Shown in pieces: positions 45,522 through 57,529 of a stretch of DNA of 64,000 nucleotides. The translations under genes were made by a program, and so were the position numbers. Numbering within the stretch: the stretch's first letter is position 1; each line of letters starts with the position of its first letter. The notes under the pieces are model-generated. The model saw only the letters and a list, made by a program, of their open reading frames with translations. It did no database searches and had not been told where the DNA came from. The stretch lies in NCBI RefSeq assembly GCF_009914755.1, contig NC_060940.1. The stretch is one strand, 5' to 3'. The DNA is from the human T2T-CHM13v2.0 reference genome, Homo sapiens.

Positions 45522-47252
45522 TTACTCTGTGTTTTTTAAGTCTTTGTATTCATTCCCTTTTTGCATAAATCCATTTCACATAATATTACCTAAGTGAGTA
45601 AATGTAATTATATGCATGCTTTTATTTATTTTATTTATAGCCTCTTTCCTTCCCTAACATTATACTCCCAACACTAGACAATTCATGTTAACAACCTACC
45701 ATGTTTCTTTGCCTATTTTTCTCTGCGTTCATAAAATCCAATCCAGATGTGGAATAGGGTCAGTGTTCTGCAGAAACCACAGTAAGGCTTTTGCTGGTCA
45801 TGAAAATATTGCAATGTGTCTATATCAGTTGGTAAGTAGCTAATTTCTTGGACATTTAGATCCTCCCTCCCCACCAGCCTATCCTGGGATATCAAATGGT
45901 CATGGTTGCTCAATAGTATGACTGCAGTATGTGTGTGTGTGTGTGTCCCTGCACATGAATATGTGTGTGTGTGTCCCTGCACATGAATATGTATGTGTGT
46001 GTATATGTTTATATATGCATCTGGGGGGGGGACACATAAACCTGGGGTCATATTATACATGTCTCTACCTTTTGCTGTTTGACACTCAGCCATGCCTTGT
46101 GGAAATCCCTCCTAGTCACCTGATGTGGTTCTTTGTCTTCCTAATGGCTACATAATAATCCATAATGTGGACACCCCATAATATATCCAGCCATTCTTTT
46201 TGTTTGTCCAAGTGATTTGGTAATGCATATAGGCCATGAACTGGGACCTAGGAGAGAAAGGATGGAAGAAAGGAGATATTAAAGATGCAGAAGAGAGAAA
46301 GGAGGAGGGAGCGAGGCATCCCTGAGAAGGTGGGAAGGAACAGGGAGAGGGACTGCCCATGGCCGGGTGGGATCGTGCCTGCACACAGAGCAGAGTGTAC
46401 AGCAGCTGAGAACGAGTTGTGCTCCCGCATTCTGACTGCCCATCAGTGCACTCTCCCTCCCATAGCCTGGGTGAGCTTTATAAGTGACAGGAGCTGATTG
46501 TGCCACTCTCTCTGCTCAACAACTTCAAGGATAAAGACCATCTCCCTTACCACAGCCATGGATGGCCCAGCTTCTGCTTCCCTCTGCAAACTCAGGCTGT
46601 GTAATCTCACCATTGCTTCCTGAGCTCCAGCTGCTCTGGCTTCCTTTCTGCTCTTAAAGTTGCCTTGCTTCCTCCTGCCCCAGGGCCTTTGCACATGCTG
46701 TTTTTAACCACTGGGCATGCTCTCCCACTGTTCTCCTTTCAGTTAATCTCCTGGGAGGGTCTTGGAAAAATCCTCCAAATATTGCCGGCCACTCTTTTAA
46801 GACCACCGTGTAATGGCGTTCATGTGTTATATGAGGTTAATAAGTTCTGACAGTATTCTAAATAAAGTAAACTAAAACCTCCACTTACTTCTAATAAAAT
46901 GCTTGCATATCTGTGGTGGGAAAGGGGAATTATTCAGTGGCTAAAGGTCTTTTTAGTGGCAGCTCATTTCTGTTTCAGAATTATACTTGCTTGCTTTTCT
47001 GATGTATGGATATAGAAATGTCTCTATAAATAGATTAAAGAAAAACCTGTCCATCAACAATCCAAACTGAGGAAGGAAAGCCTGAGACTGAAAGTCATCA
47101 CAAATCTCTAGATCTCTTCCCCAACAAAGCGAGATGAGGCGTCCCCTCCCCAAACCCTCACTCCTAAACTAGTTCTTCTAGCCAAAGCTCAAGGATAGCC
47201 ATCTCCATTATTTTTCCCAAAAAGACCCTCATAACTACTGACTGTTTTCTAA

Positions 47253-47330
47253 CACACACACACACACACACACATGCACACACACTCACATTCTATCTCT
47301 CTCACACACACACAGAGACACACACACACA
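47253..47330 (+). repeat. (CA)n compound microsatellite
   Basis: Directly visible. Confidence 0.9.
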
Positions 47331-47829
47331 GATAGTAGCTAGCATTACAGCTATAAGAAGTAAAGTAAGATAAATGACAAAGTGGGTTTTTTTTTTTCAG
47401 TCTTGATATCTGATGGTTTCTGGTTTTTTAGAAACTTACCATAGGAAATGAGCTTGCCTAGAGGTGGTAGCCACAGGGTGGAAGCCCCAGTGTAGCCGAG
47501 CCATAAAGCACCTGCATGATGCTCTCTCGTGCCCTGGACCTCAGATCAGCATTATTTCCTTGGGGAAGCCCTTCCCCACCCCCTCCATTGGTCAGGACTT
47601 CCTGCCAGGCTCCCTGAAGCTCCCAGGACTTCGTGGCTTATAACAGTTCTTAATAACATGCTTATGGTGTGATAATGTGATTTCTTCTAGTTTCCCTCCC
47701 CTTCCAAACTGTAAGCTCGACGAGGTGGGAGCTTTGCCTTTCATATTCATAGCTGTGTTCTTAGCACCTTTCACAATGTCAGACATTATAGTATATGCTC
47801 AATAAAGTTTTTGAACTAATACAAAAGGA

Positions 47830-48182
47830 TAAAAGGAGGAAGGAAGGAAGAAAGGAAGAAGAGAAGGAGGAAGGAAAGAGGAAGGAGGAAGGGAGGGAGG
47901 AAGAAACAAGGAAGGAAGAAAAGAAGGAGGGAGGGAGGGAGAAGGGAAGAAGAAGGGAAGGAGGCAGGAAGGAAGAAAAGAGGAAGGGAGGGAGGGAGAG
48001 CAGGTAGTGAGAAAGGAAGAAGGAAGGAAGGAAGAAGAAAAGAGGGAGGGGAAAGGAAGAAAGAAGGAAGGAAGAAAGAAAGAAAGGAGGAAAGAAGGAG
48101 GGAGGGAGAAAGGAAGAAGGGAGGGAGGGAGGGAGGGAGGAAGGAAGGAAGGAAGGAAGGAAGGAAGGAAGGAAGGAAGGAA
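47830..48182 (+). repeat. GA-rich tract ending in (GGAA)11
   Basis: Pure GGAA run at 48139-48182. Confidence 0.95.
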
Positions 48183-49432
48183 AATAGGAAAATAAGGAAA
48201 TCATGGAAGTCTGTGGCCGACAGAGACCTCCTATCTTCATCACTCACACCCTAGTGTTGCAATCAAGATTTGACCCCTTTGATGGCTGCATGCAGGGAAC
48301 ACGTGGAGAGCTTTTTAGAGATATTGATTCCCAAGCCTCACCCCCAGACACTGATTCAACTGTCATGGCAAGGCCCAGGCAGGGAGCATCATCAGGTATA
48401 CTGTAAAGACTCCATGGGTGATTTTTACAGGCACATACACACCTGGGGTAGAGGAAACGATGAGTTCCTAGCTCTGTGCATGCTCACAAAGGGGAGAACA
48501 AAAGCCTTGTTGGAAGCCTCCTCCTGCACTCACAGGCCCTGAAATCAAAGTTTGAGATGGGAGACTGAAGACTTAAGGCCTGACTCATGCTGAGAACTGG
48601 GGTAGAAACCTCACCTCATGTCTGAGTTTCAGTCTTATCTGAGAAATAGAGGTTTCTTTCTTCCCTTCCTAAATCCCATCCATCGTGTTCACCATTCTTT
48701 GCTAGTAGGATTGGGAGGTTGCTTTCCTAGCAATCCCAGGCCAAATCAGCCAAGGGCCTTCTGCCCAACCTCACTCTACAGAGCTTTGAGGGAGGGGATC
48801 CCCAACTCTGCAGCCTTGACTTGGTGGGTGGGAGGACTAGGTCTTGCCCTGTACTCTTCCTCCTCCTCTTCCTCCTGTTCTTTCCATAGTGAGGGTGGAG
48901 GAGGAAAGATCAGATGGGTCTTTCCAAAACACTTATATGCCTGAGGCTCTTTAGGTACATTATTGTATTTTGTCCTCTTCCAGGTAGGAACCATTGTCCT
49001 CCCATTTTACAGATTCAAGAAACTGAGGTTCAGAGATGTTTTGATTTGCTCAGAGATGCCCAGTGCAGGAATGAAGAGCCAGTGGGCTTGATCTATGTTG
49101 ACTTGGAATTACATGAGACTTCCAGGAGTCCATGTGGCCTCCAGAAACAAGCCTGGGCTATCCCCTGAGTCCTCCCCAACCAGGTAGGGCAGTGGCCCAA
49201 AAGGGCTCAGAGGCAGGGGCTGTGTCTCAGACAGCACAGTTCAAATTCTGACTCTGCCACTTCCTACCTGGCCAACCCTGGGCAAGGGCTCTCACATTTC
49301 TGACAACTCTGAGCATTTTCATCTGAAAGAAAACAAAAAGAACTTTTTAACTGCAAGAGGAAACAAAAGCAGAGGAAGGGTGTTATAATAAAAATTGCCA
49401 ATTGCATTATTACATCACAGAAAGTAAAGTAA

Positions 49433-49685
49433 ATTTTCTTTTTTTGAGACAAGGTCTAGCTCTGTCACCCAGGCTGGAGTGCGTGGCACAATCATGGCTC
49501 ACTGTAGCACTGACCCTGGACTCAGGTGATCGTCCCACAGGTGTGCACCACCACACCTAGCTAATTTTTGTATTTTTTGTAGAGATAGGGTTGCCATCTG
49601 GTCTGGAACTCATGAACTCAATGGATCCACCCACCATAGCCTCCCAAAGGGCTGGAACTACAGTGATGAGACACTGTGCTAGGCC
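49433..49685 (-). mobile_element. Diverged AluJ with deletions
   Basis: caatcatggctcactgtagc; ttttttgtagagataggg. Confidence 0.85.
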
Positions 49686-49711
49686 TCATTAATTGTTTAA
49701 AGCATATTAGC

Positions 49712-50709
49712 CACCTCACCAAACAAGATATATAGGTGGCAAGTAACTAAATGAAAAGATGCCACATATCATATGCCATTAGGGAATTGCAAATTAAAAC
49801 AATGAAATACCACTACACACCCATTAGAATGGTCAGAATTCAGAACACTGACACCACCAAATTCTGGCGAGGATGTGGAGCAACAGGATCCCTCCTCATT
49901 CATCGCTGGTGGGAATGCAAAATAGTACAGAAACTTTGGAAGATAAATTGGCAATTTCCTACAAAACTAAACATGCTCTTACCATATGATTCAGCAATCA
50001 CAGTCTTTCATAGTTACTCGAAAGAGTTAAAAACTTATGTCCACATAAAAACCTGCACAGGGATGTTTATAGCAGCTTTATTCATAATTTTCAAAACTAG
50101 GAAGCAACCAACACATCCTTCAGTAGGTGAATGGATAAATAAACTGCGACACAACCCGACAATGGAATATTATTCAGCACTAAAAAGGAATGTGTTATCA
50201 AGCGATGAAAACACATGTAGGACCCCGCCATGCATGTTATTAAGTGAAAGAAACCAAACTGAAAAGCCCACATACTCTATGATCCCAATTCTATGACATT
50301 GTGAAAAAGGCAAAACTGTGGGAACAGTAAAAAGATCACTGGCTTCCCGGGGCTAGGGAGGAGAGAGGGATGAAGAGGCAGAGCACAGAGGATTTTTAGG
50401 GCACCAAAACCATTCTGGATGATACTACAGTGGGGGATCCACGACTTTATTCATTTGTCCAAACTCAGAATGTACAAGAGTGAGAGTGAACCTCAGTGAA
50501 AACTATGGACTTTGGGTGATCATGATGTATCCAAGCAGCTTCCTCCATTGTAATTCATGTACCACTGTGATGGGGGATTTCGATAACGGAAGCTCAAGCT
50601 CCCATATGCATGCGTTGGGGCAGGGGAATTAGAGGAAACATCTGTTCCTTCTGCTCAATTTTACTGTCCACTAAAAATGCCCTAAAAAATAAAGTCTATT
50701 AAAGAAAAA
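49712..50709 (+). mobile_element. L1MC1-like 3' end (ORF2 C-terminus remnant + 3' UTR)
   Basis: ORF 49751-50296 translates to an L1 ORF2 C-terminus (IRELQIKTMKYHYTPIRM, WRGCG...HRWWECK, MFIAALFII); 3' end aaaaaataaagtctattaa. Confidence 0.88.
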
Positions 50710-51369
50710 CTTGCATACACATACATACTAATTAGGTCAGCGTTCCCAAGTTTGCCATAACACTTACTATAAAGCCCAAACACCACAGCACAGCACACAT
50801 GGCCCTGCACCCAGGTCCCACCCTCCACTTTTCCTCCCTACTCTCCAGCCACTCTGGCCTCCTCTGTTCCCCCATTCCCACCAGCCCTTTGCTAGCTGAC
50901 TTCCCCTCCCTCTTCCTGCAGATCCGTCTCCAGCTGGTTCCTACCCATCATTCCCATCTCAGCTCAAGTGACACCTCCTCAGTGAAGCCTTCTGTGATCA
51001 CCTTTCTAATACTCCCACACGCACTTACCACCATGCTTTATCACACTGCTTTTATTTTCTCAGTGATATGGAGTTGCTACCAGAAACCCTCTTGCTTGCA
51101 TATTTATGGGGGCACTTGGTTATCGTCTTTCTTTCTCCTTTGGTGTATAAAGCTGAGGCCTCCTCTATCTTGTTCAGCATTTTATCTTCAGCCTCTAGAA
51201 GTGTGTTTGGCTCACAGCTGGTGCTCTATAAATATTTGGGGAAAGAGTGCTTGAAATGAGATCAAGTACGCTGAATGCTTGACAAAGAGCAAGCGCTCAG
51301 CCTCACCCACACCAAGGCTGCCCAAAGGCTGCTCTGATGCTTCTTGGCTGTCCTCCCACGGGGTCTAGG

Positions 51370-51504
51370 ATTCTGCCATTGTCATGAAAGCAGCCACAGG
51401 CAATACATACATGAATGGGTGTGGCTGTTTTCCAATAAAACTTTATTTAAGAAAATAGGCTGAGGGCTGGGTTTGGCCCATAGGTCCTAGTTTGCTGATT
51501 CCTG
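51370..51504 (+). mobile_element. MER58A MITE (3' part)
   Basis: gaaagcagccacag...gtgtggctgttttccaataaaactttattta...agtttgctgattcctg. Confidence 0.8.
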
Positions 51505-51619
51505 ATCCAGGACAGTCTCCTCTGGGGTCCCTCTTGTATGAAATGGAAGTTTCAGGGCAGGAACTAGCATTTGCAAAGCAGCTATGTCTCAGTCAAGGCC
51601 CCTGAAACGGTGCGTCTCA

Positions 51620-52000
51620 GCAGGACCCTGGGCGTGAATTACAACAAAGTTACAGTTCATAAACTTTATTGTTCAGCAGGGCTTTGACCCCAACTTTGCT
51701 TTCTGCTGATTTTTTCAAAGAGCCTTGGAGGTGGGCTCAGTGCCGTGATCACTGATGCATCAGGGAAAGGGAGCTTGCACGTTTAATTAAGTGTTATTCA
51801 AGAAATAAAATTCGGGCCCTCAGCTGACAATGCAGAATATTAAAGCATCAATTTCCTGAAGGAAACCTGCCTTAATGAGATTCTCCAAATAAATGAAAGG
51901 TGTGGGGTGAGGAACATATTAATCCCAGCTGCTAATGTCAGCCCCATCAACCCAGAGAGATGTCTTGATCAACAAAAACTGATGGTATCAGTTAACTGTG
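51620..52000. promoter_or_regulatory. Candidate enhancer
   Basis: Repeat-free; TCF/LEF, SOX, TTAATTAA, TAATCC and T-box-like words. Motifs only. Confidence 0.3.
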
Positions 52001-54289
52001 GGAAAAAAAAAAAGGGTCTTAGACTCTGCTGAGTCATCTCTAGTCCCAAGGCAGCCAGACTCTTGGAAAGAAGACCCTTCATTCCCATTGAGCCCCTAGA
52101 GTGAGGTGAAGCCATAGCAAGTTGTGTCCTTACAACCAAAGGAGGTAATAAGTGATGAGAGCAGAGCTGGTTGAGGACTGGAGTGGAATGCCACAGTGCT
52201 CTGCCCTGGTCGTGTCCCAGGCAACCCTTTCATTAGTGACTTGGAGAAATATAAAGACAGAGGGAGATAGTGACCTCATTTGTTGAGTTCAACTTGCTGG
52301 AGTTCAATTAATTTATGTAAGATATCTGAAATCCTTAGAACAAAATAAGTGTCTAACAAATGTTTCATTTTCTTGCCTAACCCTTCATCCCCCTCCTTCC
52401 CCCCAGAAACCAATGTGAATAAGATGTATTTATTCATCAAATAACATCTTCGTGACTTTTGCCATTTTTAGACTCTGTGTTCTATTAACAATATATTATC
52501 TTTAATTTGACTCATTTATTATCTAAAAAAATACATTTTAAAGGATACTTTATATCGCTACTGTAAATGAAAAACTGGTTTTACTTGTCACCATTAAAAC
52601 GTAGCCATAAAGACAAATGCAATGAAAATGAAACATTGTTATTGTGGCTAAATGTCATTGCTAGATAAAAGCTGTGAGCCAGAGTTTCACGGTCTCTTTG
52701 TTAATGAGAGAGATGAACAAAAGTTGGAAAAATGTTAAAAATACACAAGAGCCAACTGAGACTTTATTACACTATCAGCTGTTCAGTGATGTTTAAGGTC
52801 ATGTCTACGAGCCATGACCTATGCCTTAAGTCAAACTGAATCTGTTACTGTTGCTTACACTCAAAGACCGCCAGTTGATATACAGTCTCTTGATTGACAG
52901 CTCTCCCAATATCTCTGGACCTACCACTTCTGCTTCCAAATGCCACAGAAATGCTTCATTCCAGAACAAGAAATAAAACAAAGCTCTGTTCCAAGCACAG
53001 CCAGTTAAAAATATAGAGGCTGCTGAGGTCTTTCTTGTCTCAAATAAAAATGGTCCAGAATTCAGTGCAGAAGTGAATCCTTTCTGATTCGTTATCCCCA
53101 GATGCAATACCTGGTATCCAGTAGACATCAAATCCATTGGTGTTGGATGGTGGTTGATTAAATCCAGCACTCTGCCCCTCTACTACACAACCAAAAACAC
53201 CTGCTGCTGTCTGGGAAGAAAGTTTCAGTGTATGTATTTTCCCATCTATTTCTGCACCTAGAGATCGGGGACATTTCCTAGAGTGATTGGAGAGAATGTC
53301 AATCTTTATTTTGGGTGGGATGCATCTGCTTTGGGGAAGTTTGATTGAATGTCCAATAGCCACTATTAGTCTTCACTGATTGCTAAATATAAAGAATCAG
53401 AAAAGACAATCAGATTGTGAAAAATCTCCCACATTTATTTTTGCAGTGCTGTTAAATCCATTTCTGATTAAAATAATTCATCACTTATCTATAACAAGCA
53501 GTACTGGATGGTTATCCATATGTGGAGCTGTCTTAGAAATAGGCACCAATTCAAAATGGTTTTTAATAAAAATACATTATTTTTAGCCAGCAATTTGGTT
53601 CCAAGAGCTGCTTGCTGACAAAGGAAAGGGAACTGTTCTGAAAGCCAGTGAATGTTTTTCCAGAAAATAAATTAGGCAGAGAACAGGAGAGGCAGCTAGC
53701 TCACAATGTGATACAAGTTCATGGTGCTTACCTTTGTTACAAGTTTCATTTTTCTTAATTTTTGGTGGGAGATGAGGGTGGGCTGTAGCTGTCGTTTTGT
53801 TTTTAATGAAGTTAATCAAACAGCCCCTGATAACCCAGGCTGGGTTTATAGTTTCCTTGAAAGTATCATGACTTGGAGAAAATTTTAGAAATAGCACATT
53901 ATATGCCCACATTCAAAAAGTCCTTGGTGTGGCATTCGAGACCCTTCACAATCTAATCTCAACCCACCATTAGGGAATTTCCCCCAAATCTATGCAGCAT
54001 TAAATCCTTATCTTTCTTCAGGATAGCAGGCATGATACGTTCTCTCTGAAAATAAAGGATGGAGGCAAGAAAACATTCATTGATGCTTTCATTTGCATAA
54101 AGAAAGTCTAGAAGGAGTGTCAGGAGACAAAAGAAAGTGGTTATATGGGGGAGAAGAGACAAGGAGGAGGGTGGGAAGTGAATGGATGATGGACAGCATA
54201 GGTGGAGGGAGGTATTTCACTATGCACCTTTTTTTGCCTTCAGATTTTTGGACTATGGGAATGTATCACCCATTCAGAAATGAAAGGTA

Positions 54290-55406
54290 AGGATGAAAAG
54301 GGGGAGGAAGGAAAAAAGGAAGGAAGGAAGGAAGAGGGAGGGAGGAATGAAAGAAGGAAGAAAGGAAGGAAAGAGGGAGGGAGGGAGGAAGGAAGGAGAA
54401 AGAAAAAGAAAGGAAAGAGAGAAAGAAAGAAAGACGGATGAAAGGAAGGAAGAAAGAGAGGGGGAGGGAGGAAGGAAGGGAAAGAAGGAAGGAGGGAGGG
54501 AGGGAAGGAAGGAAGGAGAGGGAGGAATGAAAGAAGGAAGGAGGGAGGGAGGGAAGGAAGGAAGGAAAGAAAAGATGGCAAAATGCAAGGGAGAAGGAGG
54601 AAGGAAGGGAAAGAAGGATAGAAGGAGGGGAGGAAGGAGGGAAGAAAAGAGAGGGAGGGAGGGAAGGAGGGAGGAAGAAAAGAAAGAAAGGAAGGAAAGA
54701 AAGAGGGCAAGAAGGAAGGAAAGAGAGGGAGGGAGGAAGGAAGGAAGGAAAGAAGGAAGGAAAGAGAGGGAAGGAAGGAAGGAAAGAAAGGGAAGGAAGG
54801 AAGGAATGAAGGAAGGAAGGAAGGAAGGAAGGAAGGAAGGAAGGAATGAATGAAGGAAGGAAGGAAGGAAGGAAGGAATGAAGGAATGAAGGAAGGAAGG
54901 AATGAAGGAAGGAAGGAATGAAGGAAGGAAGGAAGGAATGAAGGAAGGAAGGAAGGAAGGAACGAAGGAATGAAGGAAGGAAGGAAAGAATGAAGGAAGG
55001 AAGGAAGGGATGAAGGAAGGAAGGAAGGAATGAAGGAAGGAAGGAATGAAGGAAGGAAGGAAGGAATGAAGGAAGGAAGGAAGGAATGAAGGAAGGAAGG
55101 AATGAAGGAAGGAAGGAAGGAATGAAGGAAGGAAGGAAGGAAGGAATGAAGGAAGGAAGGAAGGAAGGAAGGAATGAAGGAAGGAAGGAAGGAATGAAGG
55201 AAGGAAGGAAGGAATGAAGGAATGAAGGAAGGAAGGAAGGAATGAAGGAAGGAAGGAATGAAGGAAGGAAGGAAGGAATGAAGGAAGGAAGGAAGGAAGG
55301 AAGGAATGAAGGAAGGAAGGAAGGAAGGAATGAAGGAAGGAAGGAAGGAATGAAGGAAGGAAGGAATGAAGGAAGGAAGGAAGGAATGAAGGAAGGAAGG
55401 AAGGAA
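54290..55406 (+). repeat. ~1.1-kb polypurine tract; distal ~600 bp is (GGAA)n with periodic single-T interruptions
   Basis: Directly visible; source of the (PSFL)n and (KEGR)n ORFs. Confidence 0.97.
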
Positions 55407-55429
55407 TACCCATTATCACAGGAACATAT

Positions 55430-55740
55430 TTTCAAGCCTTTGCACTTGCCATTCCCACTTCCTGGGATGACATGCTCAACCTCACACCCACATACACCTT
55501 TCCATATTTTAACAAGAAGACTCCTGTGGGTGCTTCAGAACCCAATTTACATATCACCTCTTCTGTGAGTACAACACCTGGGTAGAGTCCTCTGTGCTCC
55601 CAAAGCCCCTTGGTTAGAATGTGAACTGCCTTTTGGCAGTTCCTTATCCTTTGCTGAAGTATCAGATCCTAGCATGCTGCCCAACACATAGTAGATGCTT
55701 AATAAATATTTGTTGAGGGAGCAAAAGAATGAATGAATGA
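55430..55740 (+). mobile_element. L2 3' end
   Basis: gcctttgcacttgcc...cacatagtagatgcttaataaatatttgttga...gaatgaatgaatga. Confidence 0.75.
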
Positions 55741-55944
55741 GGAGGCATAAGGGGGATGGGTGGCTTAGCGGTAAGAGCATGGACTTTGTGCCAGGCAGAC
55801 TGGACTAATAAGGGCTGTGTGACCTTGGAAACACAAATCGACCTCTCTGAGACCCAACCCAGCCCCTCAGAGGGTGTGGTAAAGATTCAATATGCTAACT
55901 CATGTGCAGTGAACATGCAGTGTTAGCTAAATTTTTTTTTTTCT

Positions 55945-56118
55945 AAAGAACAAACATTTATTTTCTTATAATTCTGGAGGCCAGAATTCTGAGAGGAAGC
56001 TCTTGACAGGGCTGGTTTCTTCTGAGGAGTCTCTCCTTGGTGTGGAGACATCTGTCTGCACCCCTTGTCCTCACTTAGTCATCCCTCTCTGGGTGTCTGT
56101 GTCCTCAACTCTCCTTCT
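55945..56118 (-). mobile_element. MLT1A-like LTR fragment
   Basis: ttctggaggccagaa...cagggctggtttcttctgagg...tctctccttgg. Confidence 0.7.
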
Positions 56119-56812
56119 TTTCTGTATTTTTTAACTGAAAATAAAAATTGCATACACACACACACACACACACACACACATGCACACACACACATATGTA
56201 TATGGTGTATGACGTGATGTTTTGAAACACATATACATTGTGGAATGGCTAAATTGAGTCAACTAATGTATGTATTATTTTACATAGATTTTTGTGACAA
56301 GAACAATTAAAATCTAGTCCTCTGGCAATTTTCAGGTATGCAAAACATTGCTATTAGCTAGAGTCACCATGGGTAGAACTGCTCTCCTGAGTGCTCCTCC
56401 CTAAGTGAAATTTTGTGTCCTTTGACCAGCGACTCTCTTCCCCCTGCAGCCCCGGTATCCACCATTCTACTCTCTGCTTCTATGAGCTCGACTTTCCCGA
56501 GAGTGAGATCACGCAGTGTTTGTCTTCCTGTGTCTGGCTTATCTCACTTAACATAACGTCCTCCAGTTTCATCCATGTTGTGGCAAATGACAGGATTTCC
56601 TTCTTTCTGATTGCTGTATAGTACTCCAAGGTATATATAAAGAACATATAGTTCTGATTATTACATACTCATATATATAATGTTGGGGTTACAATATATA
56701 TGTAATGTACAGTGTATATATATATATAAATATACACACACTATACATGCATAGTAGTATATATATACATGCATAGTAGTATATATATACACACTCTGCC
56801 ATATATAGTAGG

Positions 56813-57228
56813 GTATATATAGTATATATCACATAGTTGTATATATAGTATATATCACATAGTTGTATATATAGTATATATCACATACTTGTATATATAG
56901 TATATATCACATAGTTGTATATATAGTATATATCACATAGTTGTATATATAGTATATATCACATAGTTGTATATATAGTATATATCACATAGTTGTAGAT
57001 ATAGTATATATCACATAGTTGTATATATAGTATATATCACATAGTTGTATATATAGTATATATCACATAGTTGTAGATATAGTATATATCACATAGTTGT
57101 ATATATAGTATATATCACATAGTTGTATATATAGTATATATCACATAGTTGTATATATAGTATATATCACATAGTTGTATATATAGTATATATCACATAG
57201 TTGTATATATAGTATATATCACATAGTT
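56813..57228 (+). repeat. VNTR, 16 x 26 bp (GTATATATAGTATATATCACATAGTT)
   Basis: TCACAT recurs every 26 bp from 56829 to 57219. Confidence 0.97.
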
Positions 57229-57529
57229 ATATATATGTATATATATATGGAGACAGTAGGGTATATATGCTCTGTCTCTATATATATGGTAGTATGATAT
57301 ATATATGGTAGTATGATATATATATACACTATATATGGTAGTATGTGTATATATACATATAAATACACATATAAATATGTATAGACATATACATATAAGA
57401 TAGTATGTGTATATATAGTATATATATAAGATAGTATATGTATAAATATAAGATAGTATGTGTATATATGCATACACACACTACCATATATACTACATAT
57501 ATACTATATATAGTAGTGTGTAGTATATA

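Noticed and set aside
52440-52830. Possible old hAT-Charlie fragment
   Set aside because: Resemblance too weak to name a family without an alignment
54266-55435. 389-aa and 381-aa (PSFL)n ORFs
   Set aside because: Translation of (TTCC)n; open in several frames
56813-57228. CRISPR-like regular array
   Set aside because: Head-to-tail 26-bp units with no unique spacers, no cas genes, primate context
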